From Acidimicrobiia bacterium (GTDB lineage Bacteria > Actinomycetota > Acidimicrobiia > Spongiisociales > ZC4RG35), in NCBI GenBank assembly GCA_046484325.1, contig JAWOJB010000028.1, positions 18,269-82,268 of the forward strand: a stretch of 64,000 nucleotides of DNA, read 5' to 3'. Position numbers and translations under genes: made by a program. Below are positions 19,926 through 28,633 of the stretch, piece by piece. The notes under the pieces were generated by a model. It did not search any database and was not told the DNA's origin. It saw nothing but the letters and a program-made list of their open reading frames with translations. Position 1 is the first letter of the stretch. Each line of letters starts with the position of its first letter.

Positions 19926-21887
19926 ATGCCAGGGGCGCCGCTGTGGACACCCTCTCCCGAACGGATCACCGAGGCCCGGATCACCGACTTCCGGCGATTC
20001 GCCGCGGACCGGGCCGATCGGCCGATCGACGCCTTCGACGACCTCCACCGGTGGTCGGTGGAGCGGCCGGAGCAGTTCTGGCGGGCGGTGTGGGACCACA
20101 GCGGTGTCATCGGCGATCCGGGCGAGCGGGTCGTCGAGATGGGTTCGACCATGGCGGACACCCGGTTCTTCCCGGACGCCCGGCTCAGCGTGATCGAGAA
20201 CCTGCTCGACGGGCGGGGCCGGCCGGGGTCCGACCCCGCCCTCATCGCCACCGGCGACGACGGCTCGACCCGCATACTCTCCTGGGACGAGCTGCGCTTC
20301 GAGGTGGCGGCGGTCGCCGCCGCCCTGCGATCCGAGGGCATCGAACCGGGCGATCGGGTGGTGGCATGGATGCCGCACGTTCCCGAGACGGTGATCTTGA
20401 TGCTCGGCGCGGTTGCGCTCGGGGCCACCTTCAGCTCGACGTCGGCCGACTTCGGGGCATCGGTCGTGCTCGACCGGTTCGGTCAGATCGAGCCGGTCGT
20501 CCTGCTGGCGGCCGAGGGATACACCTACGGGGGCAGACGCTTCGATCGGGTGGCCTCGTTGCGGGAGATCCGTGACGCACTGCCTTCCGTGCGCCGCGTG
20601 GTGGTGGCGGGCGACCTCGACCCAAGCGTCGACCTCGGCACCATTCGAGGCTCGATCACGTGGGAGGACTTCATCGCCCCGCATCGGGGCGCCACGCTCT
20701 CGTTCGAGCGATTCCCGTTCGACCAGCCGCTCTACATCCTCTACTCCTCGGGCACCACCGGGCCTCCCAAGTGCATCGTGCACCGCACTGGCGGCATCCT
20801 GCTCAAGCACCTCCAGGAGCAGCAACATCACTGCGACATCAGGGGGGGCGACCGGGTCTTCTACTTCACCACCGCCGGATGGATGATGTGGAACTGGCTG
20901 GTCTCGGCTCTCGGCAGCGGCGCAACCATCGTCCTGTACGACGGGAACCCATTCCATCCCGGGCCCACGGCGTTGTTCGATGTGGCGGAGCGATTTGACG
21001 TCACCCTGCTCGGCGTGTCGGCCAAGTACCTCGACGCGGCACGGGCTTCGGGCCTCCGACCCCGGCGCACCCACCGGCTCGACGCCCTGCGAACGGTGTG
21101 CTCGACCGGCTCGGCGCTGTCACCGGAGGGATTCGCGTTCGTCTACGAGGCGATCGGGGCAGACCTCCATCTGGCGTCGATCTCGGGCGGCACCGACCTG
21201 TGCGGCTGCTTCGTCGGAGGCGACCCGACCAGACCGGTGTGGACCGGCGAGATCCAGGCGCCCGGCCTCGGGATGGCCGTCGATGTCTTCGACGAGCTCG
21301 GACGACCGCTCCCGTCGGGGACCGGCGAGTTGGTGTGCACGAGACCCTTCCCTTCGATGCCGCTCGGATTGTGGGGCGACGCGGATGGGACCCGGTATCG
21401 GGCCGCCTACTACGAGCGGTTCCCCGACATCTGGACCCACGGCGATTTCGCCGAGTGGACCGAGCATGGCGGCATGATCATCCACGGTCGCTCCGACGCC
21501 ACGCTCAACGCCGGCGGGGTTCGGATCGGGACCGCCGAGATCTACCGGCAGGTGGAACAGGTCGAGGGCGTCGAGGAGGCGATCGCCGTGGCCCAGGAGT
21601 GGGAGCACGACACCAGGATCGTTCTGTTCGTCCGGCTCACCGACGGCATCGACCTGACCCCCGAGCTCGAGGAACGAATCTGCCTTCGACTGCGGGAGCG
21701 TGCATCACCTCGCCACGTCCCTGCGCGGATTGCCGCCGTCGCCGACATCCCGAGGACGCGGAGCGGCAAGATCACCGAGCTCGCCGTCACCGCCGTGGTG
21801 AACGGGCACCCGGTCAAGAACACCGAGGCGCTGGCAAACCCCGAAGCTCTCGCCCAGTTCGCGAACCGACCCGAGCTTCGGAGCTGA
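19926..21887 (+). CDS. Acetoacetate--CoA ligase
   Basis: YILYSSGTTGPPKCIVH, GWMMWNWL, ISGGTD, GRSDATLNAGGVRIGTAEIY. Confidence 0.93.
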   Translation: MPGAPLWTPSPERITEARITDFRRFAADRADRPIDAFDDLHRWSVERPEQFWRAVWDHSGVIGDPGERVVEMGSTMADTRFFPDARLSVIENLLDGRGRPGSDPALIATGDDGSTRILSWDELRFEVAAVAAALRSEGIEPGDRVVAWMPHVPETVILMLGAVALGATFSSTSADFGASVVLDRFGQIEPVVLLAAEGYTYGGRRFDRVASLREIRDALPSVRRVVVAGDLDPSVDLGTIRGSITWEDFIAPHRGATLSFERFPFDQPLYILYSSGTTGPPKCIVHRTGGILLKHLQEQQHHCDIRGGDRVFYFTTAGWMMWNWLVSALGSGATIVLYDGNPFHPGPTALFDVAERFDVTLLGVSAKYLDAARASGLRPRRTHRLDALRTVCSTGSALSPEGFAFVYEAIGADLHLASISGGTDLCGCFVGGDPTRPVWTGEIQAPGLGMAVDVFDELGRPLPSGTGELVCTRPFPSMPLGLWGDADGTRYRAAYYERFPDIWTHGDFAEWTEHGGMIIHGRSDATLNAGGVRIGTAEIYRQVEQVEGVEEAIAVAQEWEHDTRIVLFVRLTDGIDLTPELEERICLRLRERASPRHVPARIAAVADIPRTRSGKITELAVTAVVNGHPVKNTEALANPEALAQFANRPELRS

Positions 21888-21893
21888 CGGGCC

Positions 21894-22856
21894 TCAGGAG
21901 GCGACGGCGCCCACCGAGAAGAGGAGCGTCGAGAACTCCGGCACATAGCGGAGCGAGTAGCGAACCCCGTTCACCTCGGCCTCGCCGTCCAGAGCCGTCA
22001 GTGCGGGGTTGGTGACGTCGTAACCGAGGTCGGTGAGGACGGATCGGCGCCCGGCCGCGTCGAGGGTGGGGTCGGCCACGCTGATCGCCACCCCGAGGGC
22101 GGCCAGCCCCTGCCTGCCCGACTCGCCGGTCCCGGTCGTGTCCACGACCACCTGGTAGCCGTCGAGCGTTCCGGCATCGTCGGTCTGCCACTCCAGCCTC
22201 AGAAACGGCGAGAACTCCTGCTCGAAGGCGCCAGGGCCGGCCGTCACGGGCAGCGACGCACCGAGGGCCTGGGCAGTCGAGTTCCATACTGCAACGAAGG
22301 AGGCCGGGGCCGCCTCGAAGATCGAGGTCTGGATCTCGGCGGCGGAGGTGGTGGTCGTGGTCAGGATCACCTGCTCGCCGCCTTCACCATTGCCGGGCAG
22401 CGAGACGGCGGCCAGGACGAGCACGGCCAGGACGGCCGCCACCCCGGCGATCACGGCCCAGCGAGGCACCTTCGAAGGCAGCGCCTGGGGCTCCGGCGCG
22501 TCCGGTGACCGGCTCTCCTCGTCTACGAGCGGCCCTACGGCGGGCTCCCTGGCCTCGGGCAGCGTCTCCGGGACGGCACGCTCGGCGACCGCGGTGCGGA
22601 GCGGCCCGCTCGCGGGGTGTTCGGACCCGGCTTCACAACGGAACCGCTCCGGGTCGACGGGGGTGAACAGGAAGTAGTCGTCATCCACCTCGATCCGGTA
22701 CTCATCGGGCGCCAACTCGACCACGCTGCACGCGTCGGCAGGCCAGGTGCCAACCTCGAACCCTTCGACGAGGAGGCTGATGCCGGGCACCCCAAGGCCA
22801 ACCTCCACGTCGTGACAAGCACCATCGCTCAACTCGGCGCGACCCGAGAACCGCAT
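21894..22856 (-). CDS. Hypothetical single-pass membrane protein
   Basis: N-terminal beta-rich domain, Pro/Glu linker, one TM, poly-Thr stretch, C-terminal domain; TAGCCT -10 six nt before ATG. Confidence 0.75.
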   Translation of the reverse strand: MRFSGRAELSDGACHDVEVGLGVPGISLLVEGFEVGTWPADACSVVELAPDEYRIEVDDDYFLFTPVDPERFRCEAGSEHPASGPLRTAVAERAVPETLPEAREPAVGPLVDEESRSPDAPEPQALPSKVPRWAVIAGVAAVLAVLVLAAVSLPGNGEGGEQVILTTTTTSAAEIQTSIFEAAPASFVAVWNSTAQALGASLPVTAGPGAFEQEFSPFLRLEWQTDDAGTLDGYQVVVDTTGTGESGRQGLAALGVAISVADPTLDAAGRRSVLTDLGYDVTNPALTALDGEAEVNGVRYSLRYVPEFSTLLFSVGAVAS

Positions 22857-22982
22857 GCCGTCAGGCTACCCAGCGCTCCCGGACGGTCGAGGCCTTGTCG
22901 TCGGCCGGCCCGGACCTGACGAACGGCCCTCGCAGCCACACGGTCCATCGTGCAGGCTGTCCGCAGGTGAAAGGAGCGGGCC

Positions 22983-24317
22983 TTGACGATCGCCCCCACC
23001 CAGCCGCCCACCACCGAGTCACGGGCCGCCGAGGCGCTCCGGCGCCACGCCGCCCACCACGGGAAGATCCAGACATCGCCGAAGGTGCCGATCGGACCGG
23101 GAGATTTCGGAATCTGGTACACGCCCGGAGTGGCCGCTCCGTGCATGGAGATCCGGGCCCATCCCGACCTCGTCTACGAGTACACGAACAAGGGCAACTC
23201 GGTCGCCATCGTCACCGATGGCTCGAGGGTCCTCGGGCTCGGTGACATCGGGCCGGAGGCCGGGCTCCCGGTGATGGAGGGCAAGGCGCTCCTCTTCAAG
23301 TACCTCGGCGGCGTGGATGCCACCCCCCTCTGCCTGTCCGTGGAGAGCCCGGAGGAGCTGATCCGGACCGTGGAGGTCGTCGCTCCGTCATTCGGGGGCG
23401 TCAATCTCGAGGACATTCGCCAGCCGGCATGCTTTCAGGTGCTCGACACGCTCCGACGGCGACTGCCGGTCCCGGTCTGGCACGACGACCAGCAGGGGAC
23501 GGCGATGGTGGCCGTGGCCGCGCTCGTCAACGCCCTCCGACTGGTCGACAAGGACCTGGCTTCGATTCGCATCGCGATGATCGGCATGGGTGCCGCCAAC
23601 GTGGCGACCTTCCGCCTGCTCCGTGCGATGGGAGTGGCACGGAACCAGGTCGTGGCCTGCGACTCGCGGGGCATCCTCCACCCCGAACGCGCCGACATCG
23701 AGATGGAGCACCGCCGCTTCCCCGACAAATGGCGAATCTGCACCACCACCAACCCCGAAGGCCGGACCGGTGGAATCGCCGAGGCTCTGATCGGAGCCGA
23801 CGTGTGCATCGCCTTCTCACGCTCAGGCCCCGACGTGATCCGGCCCGAGTGGATCGAGCGGATGGCTTCTCGCGCCATCGTCTTCGCCTGCGCGAACCCG
23901 GTGCCCGAGATCTGGCCCCGAGAGGCCCGTGCGGCCGGTGCCCGCATCGTTGCCACCGGATCGAGCGATCTCCCCAATCAGGTCAACAACTCGCTGGCGT
24001 TCCCGGGCGTGTTTCGCGGCGTGCTCGACGTCCGTGCCCGCTCCATCCCCGATGAGCTGGCCATCGCCGGTGCCCGCGGGCTGGCCGACTACGCCCGCCA
24101 CGTGGGGATCGCCGACGACCACCTGCTCCCTCCGATGGACGACATCGAAGCCGCCGTCCAGGTGGCGGTGGCGGTGGGGACGACCGCGGCCGGGCTCGGG
24201 CTCGCCGGCGTGGAGGTCGCACCGGACGCCCTCGGGTGCCGAGCCCGCCAGACGATCGTGGCGTCCCGTGAGGCGCTCGGCACGATGGTCTCCGCCGGGA
24301 TCGTGACGAGCGACTGA
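22983..24317 (+). CDS. NAD(P)-dependent malic enzyme
   Basis: YTPGVA, VTDGSRVLGLG, MEGKALLFK, NLEDI, HDDQQGTA, NQVNNSLAFPG; AAAGGAG RBS and TTG start. Confidence 0.95.
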   Translation: MTIAPTQPPTTESRAAEALRRHAAHHGKIQTSPKVPIGPGDFGIWYTPGVAAPCMEIRAHPDLVYEYTNKGNSVAIVTDGSRVLGLGDIGPEAGLPVMEGKALLFKYLGGVDATPLCLSVESPEELIRTVEVVAPSFGGVNLEDIRQPACFQVLDTLRRRLPVPVWHDDQQGTAMVAVAALVNALRLVDKDLASIRIAMIGMGAANVATFRLLRAMGVARNQVVACDSRGILHPERADIEMEHRRFPDKWRICTTTNPEGRTGGIAEALIGADVCIAFSRSGPDVIRPEWIERMASRAIVFACANPVPEIWPREARAAGARIVATGSSDLPNQVNNSLAFPGVFRGVLDVRARSIPDELAIAGARGLADYARHVGIADDHLLPPMDDIEAAVQVAVAVGTTAAGLGLAGVEVAPDALGCRARQTIVASREALGTMVSAGIVTSD

Positions 24318-24331
24318 GAGGCCCGATCCGG

Positions 24332-25087
24332 TCAGTCGATGGTCGGCCGGAGAGAGGTGCCGGCGAGGGCCTGCTCGATGAAGGGATACACGGTGTCGGC
24401 CCACACCCGGTGGCCTTCGGCGCTCGGGTGGAAGAGGTCGCCGGCGAACATGTGGGTGCCCGAGCGGAAAACGTCCGCCGATGCGCCCCAGTGGTCGACC
24501 TTTGCGACGCCGTGCCGCTCGCCAACCCTGGCCTGGACCCGATCGGCGATTCGTCCGGTAGCCGAGGCCACCCGGTCGAGCGGCGCGGGGAATCGTGGGA
24601 TCGTCCCGAGGTCACCGATCCCCATGAGGACCACGGCCACGCCGGACTCCACGAGACGTCGGACGATCTCGTCGAGCCGTCGCTCGAACCACGGAATCGG
24701 GATGCCGTGCAGGATGTCGTTGGAGCCCACCGAAACGAAGGCGAGGTGTGGGCGGTCCGCCAGCGCCTCCGGTAGCTGGAGGGTGAGCACGTCGAACGAC
24801 CGGGCACCTCCCACGGCCTGGCTCGTCAACTGCACCCGATATCGCTCGGCGAGTCGGCGCGCCAGGATCCGGACGAAGGTCTCGTCGACCGACCCCAGAC
24901 CCGGGCCCGTGATCGTGCTGTCCCCGAGGACGGCGATCCGCAGCAGGGGCGCGTCCGGATCCCCGAACGCCCCCGACGGGTCGAAACCGTCGAACCGCGG
25001 TAGCGGGCGGCGGGCCACATAGGCCATCTCTCCTGCGACGACGACAGCCCCGGCCAGCAGGCCCCGGGTCAGCAGCTTCGGGGGCAC
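24332..25087 (-). CDS. SGNH/GDSL hydrolase
   Basis: VLGDST, VGSND, GDLFHPS blocks; GTG start after TACCGT. Confidence 0.88.
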   Translation of the reverse strand: MPPKLLTRGLLAGAVVVAGEMAYVARRPLPRFDGFDPSGAFGDPDAPLLRIAVLGDSTITGPGLGSVDETFVRILARRLAERYRVQLTSQAVGGARSFDVLTLQLPEALADRPHLAFVSVGSNDILHGIPIPWFERRLDEIVRRLVESGVAVVLMGIGDLGTIPRFPAPLDRVASATGRIADRVQARVGERHGVAKVDHWGASADVFRSGTHMFAGDLFHPSAEGHRVWADTVYPFIEQALAGTSLRPTID

Positions 25088-25172
25088 GGCAGAACGGTAC
25101 CGAGGTCTCCCGGGTCCGACCCTGGGCCGAACGACCCGGGAGCCCGAGGCGCGGGGTCCGTACGATGGGGGC

Positions 25173-26285
25173 ATGGAGCCCAGCCCGTCCGGGGCGGCTC
25201 TCGCCCCGCCCGAATCGATCGCTCCCACGCACCACTGGCATCGGCTCGACGACGGCCGGATCCAGTGCGACCTCTGCCCGAGGGAGTGCAAGCTCCGGGA
25301 GGGCCAGCGAGGGCTCTGTTATGTGAGGGCGCGCCAGGGTGACGCAGTGGTGCTGACCACCTACGGCCGATCGTCGGGATATTGCGTCGACCCGATCGAG
25401 AAGAAGCCGCTGAACCACTTCCTGCCGGGGACGGCGGTGCTGTCGTTCGGCACTGCAGGCTGCAATCTCGCCTGCCGCTTCTGTCAGAACTGGGACATCT
25501 CCAAGGCACGCCAGGACGACGTCCTCGCCGATGCGGCCTCACCCGACACGATCGCCCGGGCCGCGGCAGACCTCGGTTGCCGGAGTGTGGCCTTCACGTA
25601 CAACGACCCCGTCGTGTTCCACGAGTACGCCATCGATGTGGCGATCGCCTGCCGCGCGCGTGGCATCGCAGCCGTGGCGGTCACCGCCGGCTACGTCAAC
25701 CCCGACCCGCGCCGAGAGTTCTTCGCCCACATGGATGCGGTCAACATCGATCTCAAGGCATTCACGGAGGACTTCTACCACCGGGTCTGCGCCGGGGCCC
25801 TCGCCCCGGTGCTCGACACGCTCACCTACGTCCACGCCGAGACGGACGTCTGGATGGAGATCACCACCCTCCTCATCCCCGGGCTCAACGACTCGGACGC
25901 CGAGATCGACGCGATGACCAGATGGGTGGTCGAGCATCTCGGCCCGGACGTGCCCCACCACTTCACCGCCTTCCACCCGGACTTCCGGATGCGGGATCGC
26001 CCGCCTACCCCCCCGGAAACCCTGGGGCGGGCGCGTCGGATCGCCCTCCGAAACGGGGAACGGTACGTCTACACGGGCAACGTGCACGACCCGGCCGGCC
26101 AGACCACCTCATGTCATGTCTGCGGGGCGGTGCTCGTCGGGCGCGACGGGTACCGGCTGGGGGTGTGGGGCCTCGACCCCGGGGGACGGTGTGCCGCGTG
26201 CGGAGCCAGGTGCTCCGGCGCCTTCGAGGCGACGCCGGGCGACTGGGGGGCACGCCGGCTCCCGGTACGGCTCGGCAACCGCTGA
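25173..26285 (+). CDS. amrS: AmmeMemoRadiSam system radical SAM enzyme
   Basis: CDLCPREC, DPIEKKPLNHF, CNLACRFCQN (CxxxCxxC), C-terminal CxxC...CxxC. Confidence 0.95.
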   Translation: MEPSPSGAALAPPESIAPTHHWHRLDDGRIQCDLCPRECKLREGQRGLCYVRARQGDAVVLTTYGRSSGYCVDPIEKKPLNHFLPGTAVLSFGTAGCNLACRFCQNWDISKARQDDVLADAASPDTIARAAADLGCRSVAFTYNDPVVFHEYAIDVAIACRARGIAAVAVTAGYVNPDPRREFFAHMDAVNIDLKAFTEDFYHRVCAGALAPVLDTLTYVHAETDVWMEITTLLIPGLNDSDAEIDAMTRWVVEHLGPDVPHHFTAFHPDFRMRDRPPTPPETLGRARRIALRNGERYVYTGNVHDPAGQTTSCHVCGAVLVGRDGYRLGVWGLDPGGRCAACGARCSGAFEATPGDWGARRLPVRLGNR

Positions 26286-26306
26286 GGGACGGTCTGGACG
26301 GGCACG

Positions 26307-27101
26307 TCAGGATGGTCCGAGAGCGAAGGCCCCGTACCCGACCACTCGGTCGTGGGACCCCGCCGTGTCACCCGACGTGCGGAGGTCCAGCTGAGCGCAC
26401 CTCCAATCGCTCCGTCTGGCCACGGCCAGCATGGCACGCATGGCCGTCCTGCCACAGGCCGACTCACGTCCGAGATCGTCCGGCCGCAAGGCCAGGATCG
26501 ATCTCGCGGTGATGGCGTCGAGCCGGCGGGCCGTGTCGAGATCGTGGTAGTGGGACAGGTCGGAGCTCACCACCATGAAGAGCCCGGCCTCGAGCATGGC
26601 GTCGATCACCTGGAGCGCCGCCGAAGGGTCGTCGCCGCCGGTGAGGATCGGGACCACCGTGAACCCGGACAGGATCACCTGCAGGAACGGAAGCTGAACC
26701 TCCAGGGAGTGTTCGGTGCGATGGGCGGCCTCCGACCGGAAGGCCAGGTGCCGGGCGACCAGGTCGGCGGCGACCGGGTCGACGGATATCGATCCCAGAG
26801 GTGTGGCTACCGAGTCGTGCCCGGGGAGGGCGACGCCCTCGAACGACGCGAAGTGGGAGGGACCGATGAGACCGATCCGATCGGGGGGTCTGGCCGATTC
26901 CCGCAGGAGGCGGTAGGCCGAGGCGGCCACCGGCCCCGAGTAGACGTGTCCGGCATGGGGCACGATGAGGGCGTGGACGTCGAGATCGGGTCTGACGTCC
27001 ACGGCATCGTCCAGCATGCGCCGGACCGAAGAGCGGAGCGAGATCGGATGGGCGGGGTAGAAGCTCCCGGCCACCGCGGCCGGGCGGACAGTGCCGGACA
27101 T
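26307..27101 (-). CDS. amrB: AmmeMemoRadiSam system protein B (MEMO1 family)
   Basis: RPAAVAGSFYP, PHAGHVYSG, EHSLEVQLPFLQ, SSDLSHY, VVGY. Confidence 0.95.
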   Translation of the reverse strand: MSGTVRPAAVAGSFYPAHPISLRSSVRRMLDDAVDVRPDLDVHALIVPHAGHVYSGPVAASAYRLLRESARPPDRIGLIGPSHFASFEGVALPGHDSVATPLGSISVDPVAADLVARHLAFRSEAAHRTEHSLEVQLPFLQVILSGFTVVPILTGGDDPSAALQVIDAMLEAGLFMVVSSDLSHYHDLDTARRLDAITARSILALRPDDLGRESACGRTAMRAMLAVARRSDWRCAQLDLRTSGDTAGSHDRVVGYGAFALGPS

Positions 27102-27185
27102 GCCGCCAGCGTACGACCGACCTCCGCCACCGATCACGGCCATCCGTCCCTGACCCGCCGGCGGCCGCAGGTGCAGGACCGGGAC

Positions 27186-27400
27186 ATGAGCGATCCGCTA
27201 GTGGTCCTCGCCCGCCAGGCGACTCGATGACACCTCTTCGGTGAGCCGCCGCCGTTCCACCTCGTCTTCGACCCCCGGGCACCGTCCGGCGTCTTCGTGT
27301 CGATCCACCATTCGGCCCGGGCGGATGGCGAGGCTGCCTCACTTCGCGGCCGAGTCGGCACGGTGACGGCGAGGGTGCCGAACACCACCAAACCGAGGTC
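27186..27400 (+). pseudogene. amrA: Truncated AMMECR1-domain (AmrA) remnant
   Basis: MSDPLVVLARQATR*HLFG...GVFVSIH...LRGRVGT; in-frame TGA at 27228, LRGCIG motif degraded, rest of domain absent. Confidence 0.75.
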
Positions 27401-27430
27401 CTCCGCTGAGGCGACTCGTATCATCGGGCC

Positions 27431-27862
27431 GTGCCTCGCCACCTCCCGCTCTACTCGTGGCCACCCGGTCGCTGGAGGCGCATCTCCACCGCCTCGCAGC
27501 GACGCCTTGCCGTGGTGTCCGGGGGGACGTTGGGCACCCTTGGCCGGAGTGCGGTCTCGGACGGGACCACCACCCCCGGCACATGGCCTTGGGCGACGTT
27601 CGCGGTGAACCTGATCGGAACTCTCATCCTGGGATGGCTCCTCGCCCGGCTGCTCCGATCGGGCCGGCCGATGCGGTTGATCATCCCCTTCCTCGGCATC
27701 GGGGTCTTGGGCGGATTCACGACGTTCGGTGCCTTTGCCTACGAGACCTGGGAATTGACGGTGGCAGGCCGGTGGCCGATGGCGGCTCTCTACGTCCTCG
27801 CCAGTGTGGCCTTGGGGCTCGGGGTCGCCGTGGCCGGGTCGCGGCTGGCGGAGGTGAGGTGA
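27431..27862 (+). CDS. crcB: Fluoride efflux channel Fluc/CrcB
   Basis: GGTLGTLGR, PWATFAVNLIG, GVLGGFTTFGAF. Confidence 0.9.
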   Translation: MPRHLPLYSWPPGRWRRISTASQRRLAVVSGGTLGTLGRSAVSDGTTTPGTWPWATFAVNLIGTLILGWLLARLLRSGRPMRLIIPFLGIGVLGGFTTFGAFAYETWELTVAGRWPMAALYVLASVALGLGVAVAGSRLAEVR

Positions 27863-28233
27863 CGATGTGGGTGGCGCTTGCCGGTGGCCTCGGCGCGCTG
27901 GCTCGCTACGAGCTGGCAGGATGGGTCCAGCAGCGAGCGACACGACCCTATCCGTTCGGGACGCTGGCCGTGAACGTGACCGGCTCGTTCCTGCTGGGAG
28001 TCAGCGTGACCTCCATGCCCGAACACCCCGGACTCAACCAGGTCGTCGGGATCGGCCTGCTCGGGGGGTTCACCACCTATTCCACCTGGATGGTCGAGAC
28101 CGAGGGTCTGGCGCGCGATGGCGGGTGGGCGGGGATCCTCGCCGCCGTCGTCAACCTGGTGGCAATGCTCACCGGGGGCCTCGTCGGCGTCGGGCTCGGT
28201 CTCTGGGTGGGCGACTGGGCGAGAGCGAGGTAG
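27859..28233 (+). CDS. crcB: Fluoride efflux channel Fluc/CrcB, second subunit
   Basis: GGLGALARY, PFGTLAVNVTG, GLLGGFTTYST; GTGA overlap. Confidence 0.9.
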   Translation: MTMWVALAGGLGALARYELAGWVQQRATRPYPFGTLAVNVTGSFLLGVSVTSMPEHPGLNQVVGIGLLGGFTTYSTWMVETEGLARDGGWAGILAAVVNLVAMLTGGLVGVGLGLWVGDWARAR

Positions 28234-28238
28234 TCGAC

Positions 28239-28589
28239 ATGGATCGTGTCGAAGCAATCGAGGACGGCAAGCTCCTGCGGATCTTCATCGGCGAAGACGA
28301 CCTGCACGACGGGAGGCCCCTCTTCGAGTCGATCCTCCACGTACTGAGGCGAGAGGGCCTGGCCGGCGCCACGGTCTTTCGCGGTATCGCCGGATTCGGG
28401 GCCTCCAGCAGGATTCACACGGCACGGGTGCTCCGGCTGTCGGAGGATCTGCCGATCGTGATCGAATGCGTGGACCGGGCCGCGGCGATCGAACGGATCA
28501 TGCCGTTCCTCGACGAGATGATCACGGAGGGGCTCGTCACCGTCGAACGAGCGGAGGTGCGGATGTATCGAGCCCGCCATGCCGACTGA
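28239..28589 (+). CDS. DUF190 (PII-like) protein
   Basis: LLRIFIGE, GLAGATVFRGIAGFG, LSEDLPIVIE; usual crcB neighbour. Confidence 0.9.
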   Translation: MDRVEAIEDGKLLRIFIGEDDLHDGRPLFESILHVLRREGLAGATVFRGIAGFGASSRIHTARVLRLSEDLPIVIECVDRAAAIERIMPFLDEMITEGLVTVERAEVRMYRARHAD

Positions 28590-28633
28590 TCACCCAACCG
28601 CATGGGCGCCGACGAGCCGGTAGGTTGCTGCAG

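Noticed and set aside
22915-22930. DosR/OsdR-like boxes before malic enzyme, amrA (27136) and gdh (30676)
   Set aside because: Only 11-12 of 16 positions match a GC-rich consensus
27228-27230. In-frame TGA in amrA as selenocysteine
   Set aside because: Not a Cys-equivalent position, no SECIS-like hairpin recognised, and the gene is also truncated and degenerate
27320-27430. Fluoride riboswitch upstream of crcB
   Set aside because: Consensus GGCGATGG...AAC...CTGATG not matched; leaderless -10 directly before the start
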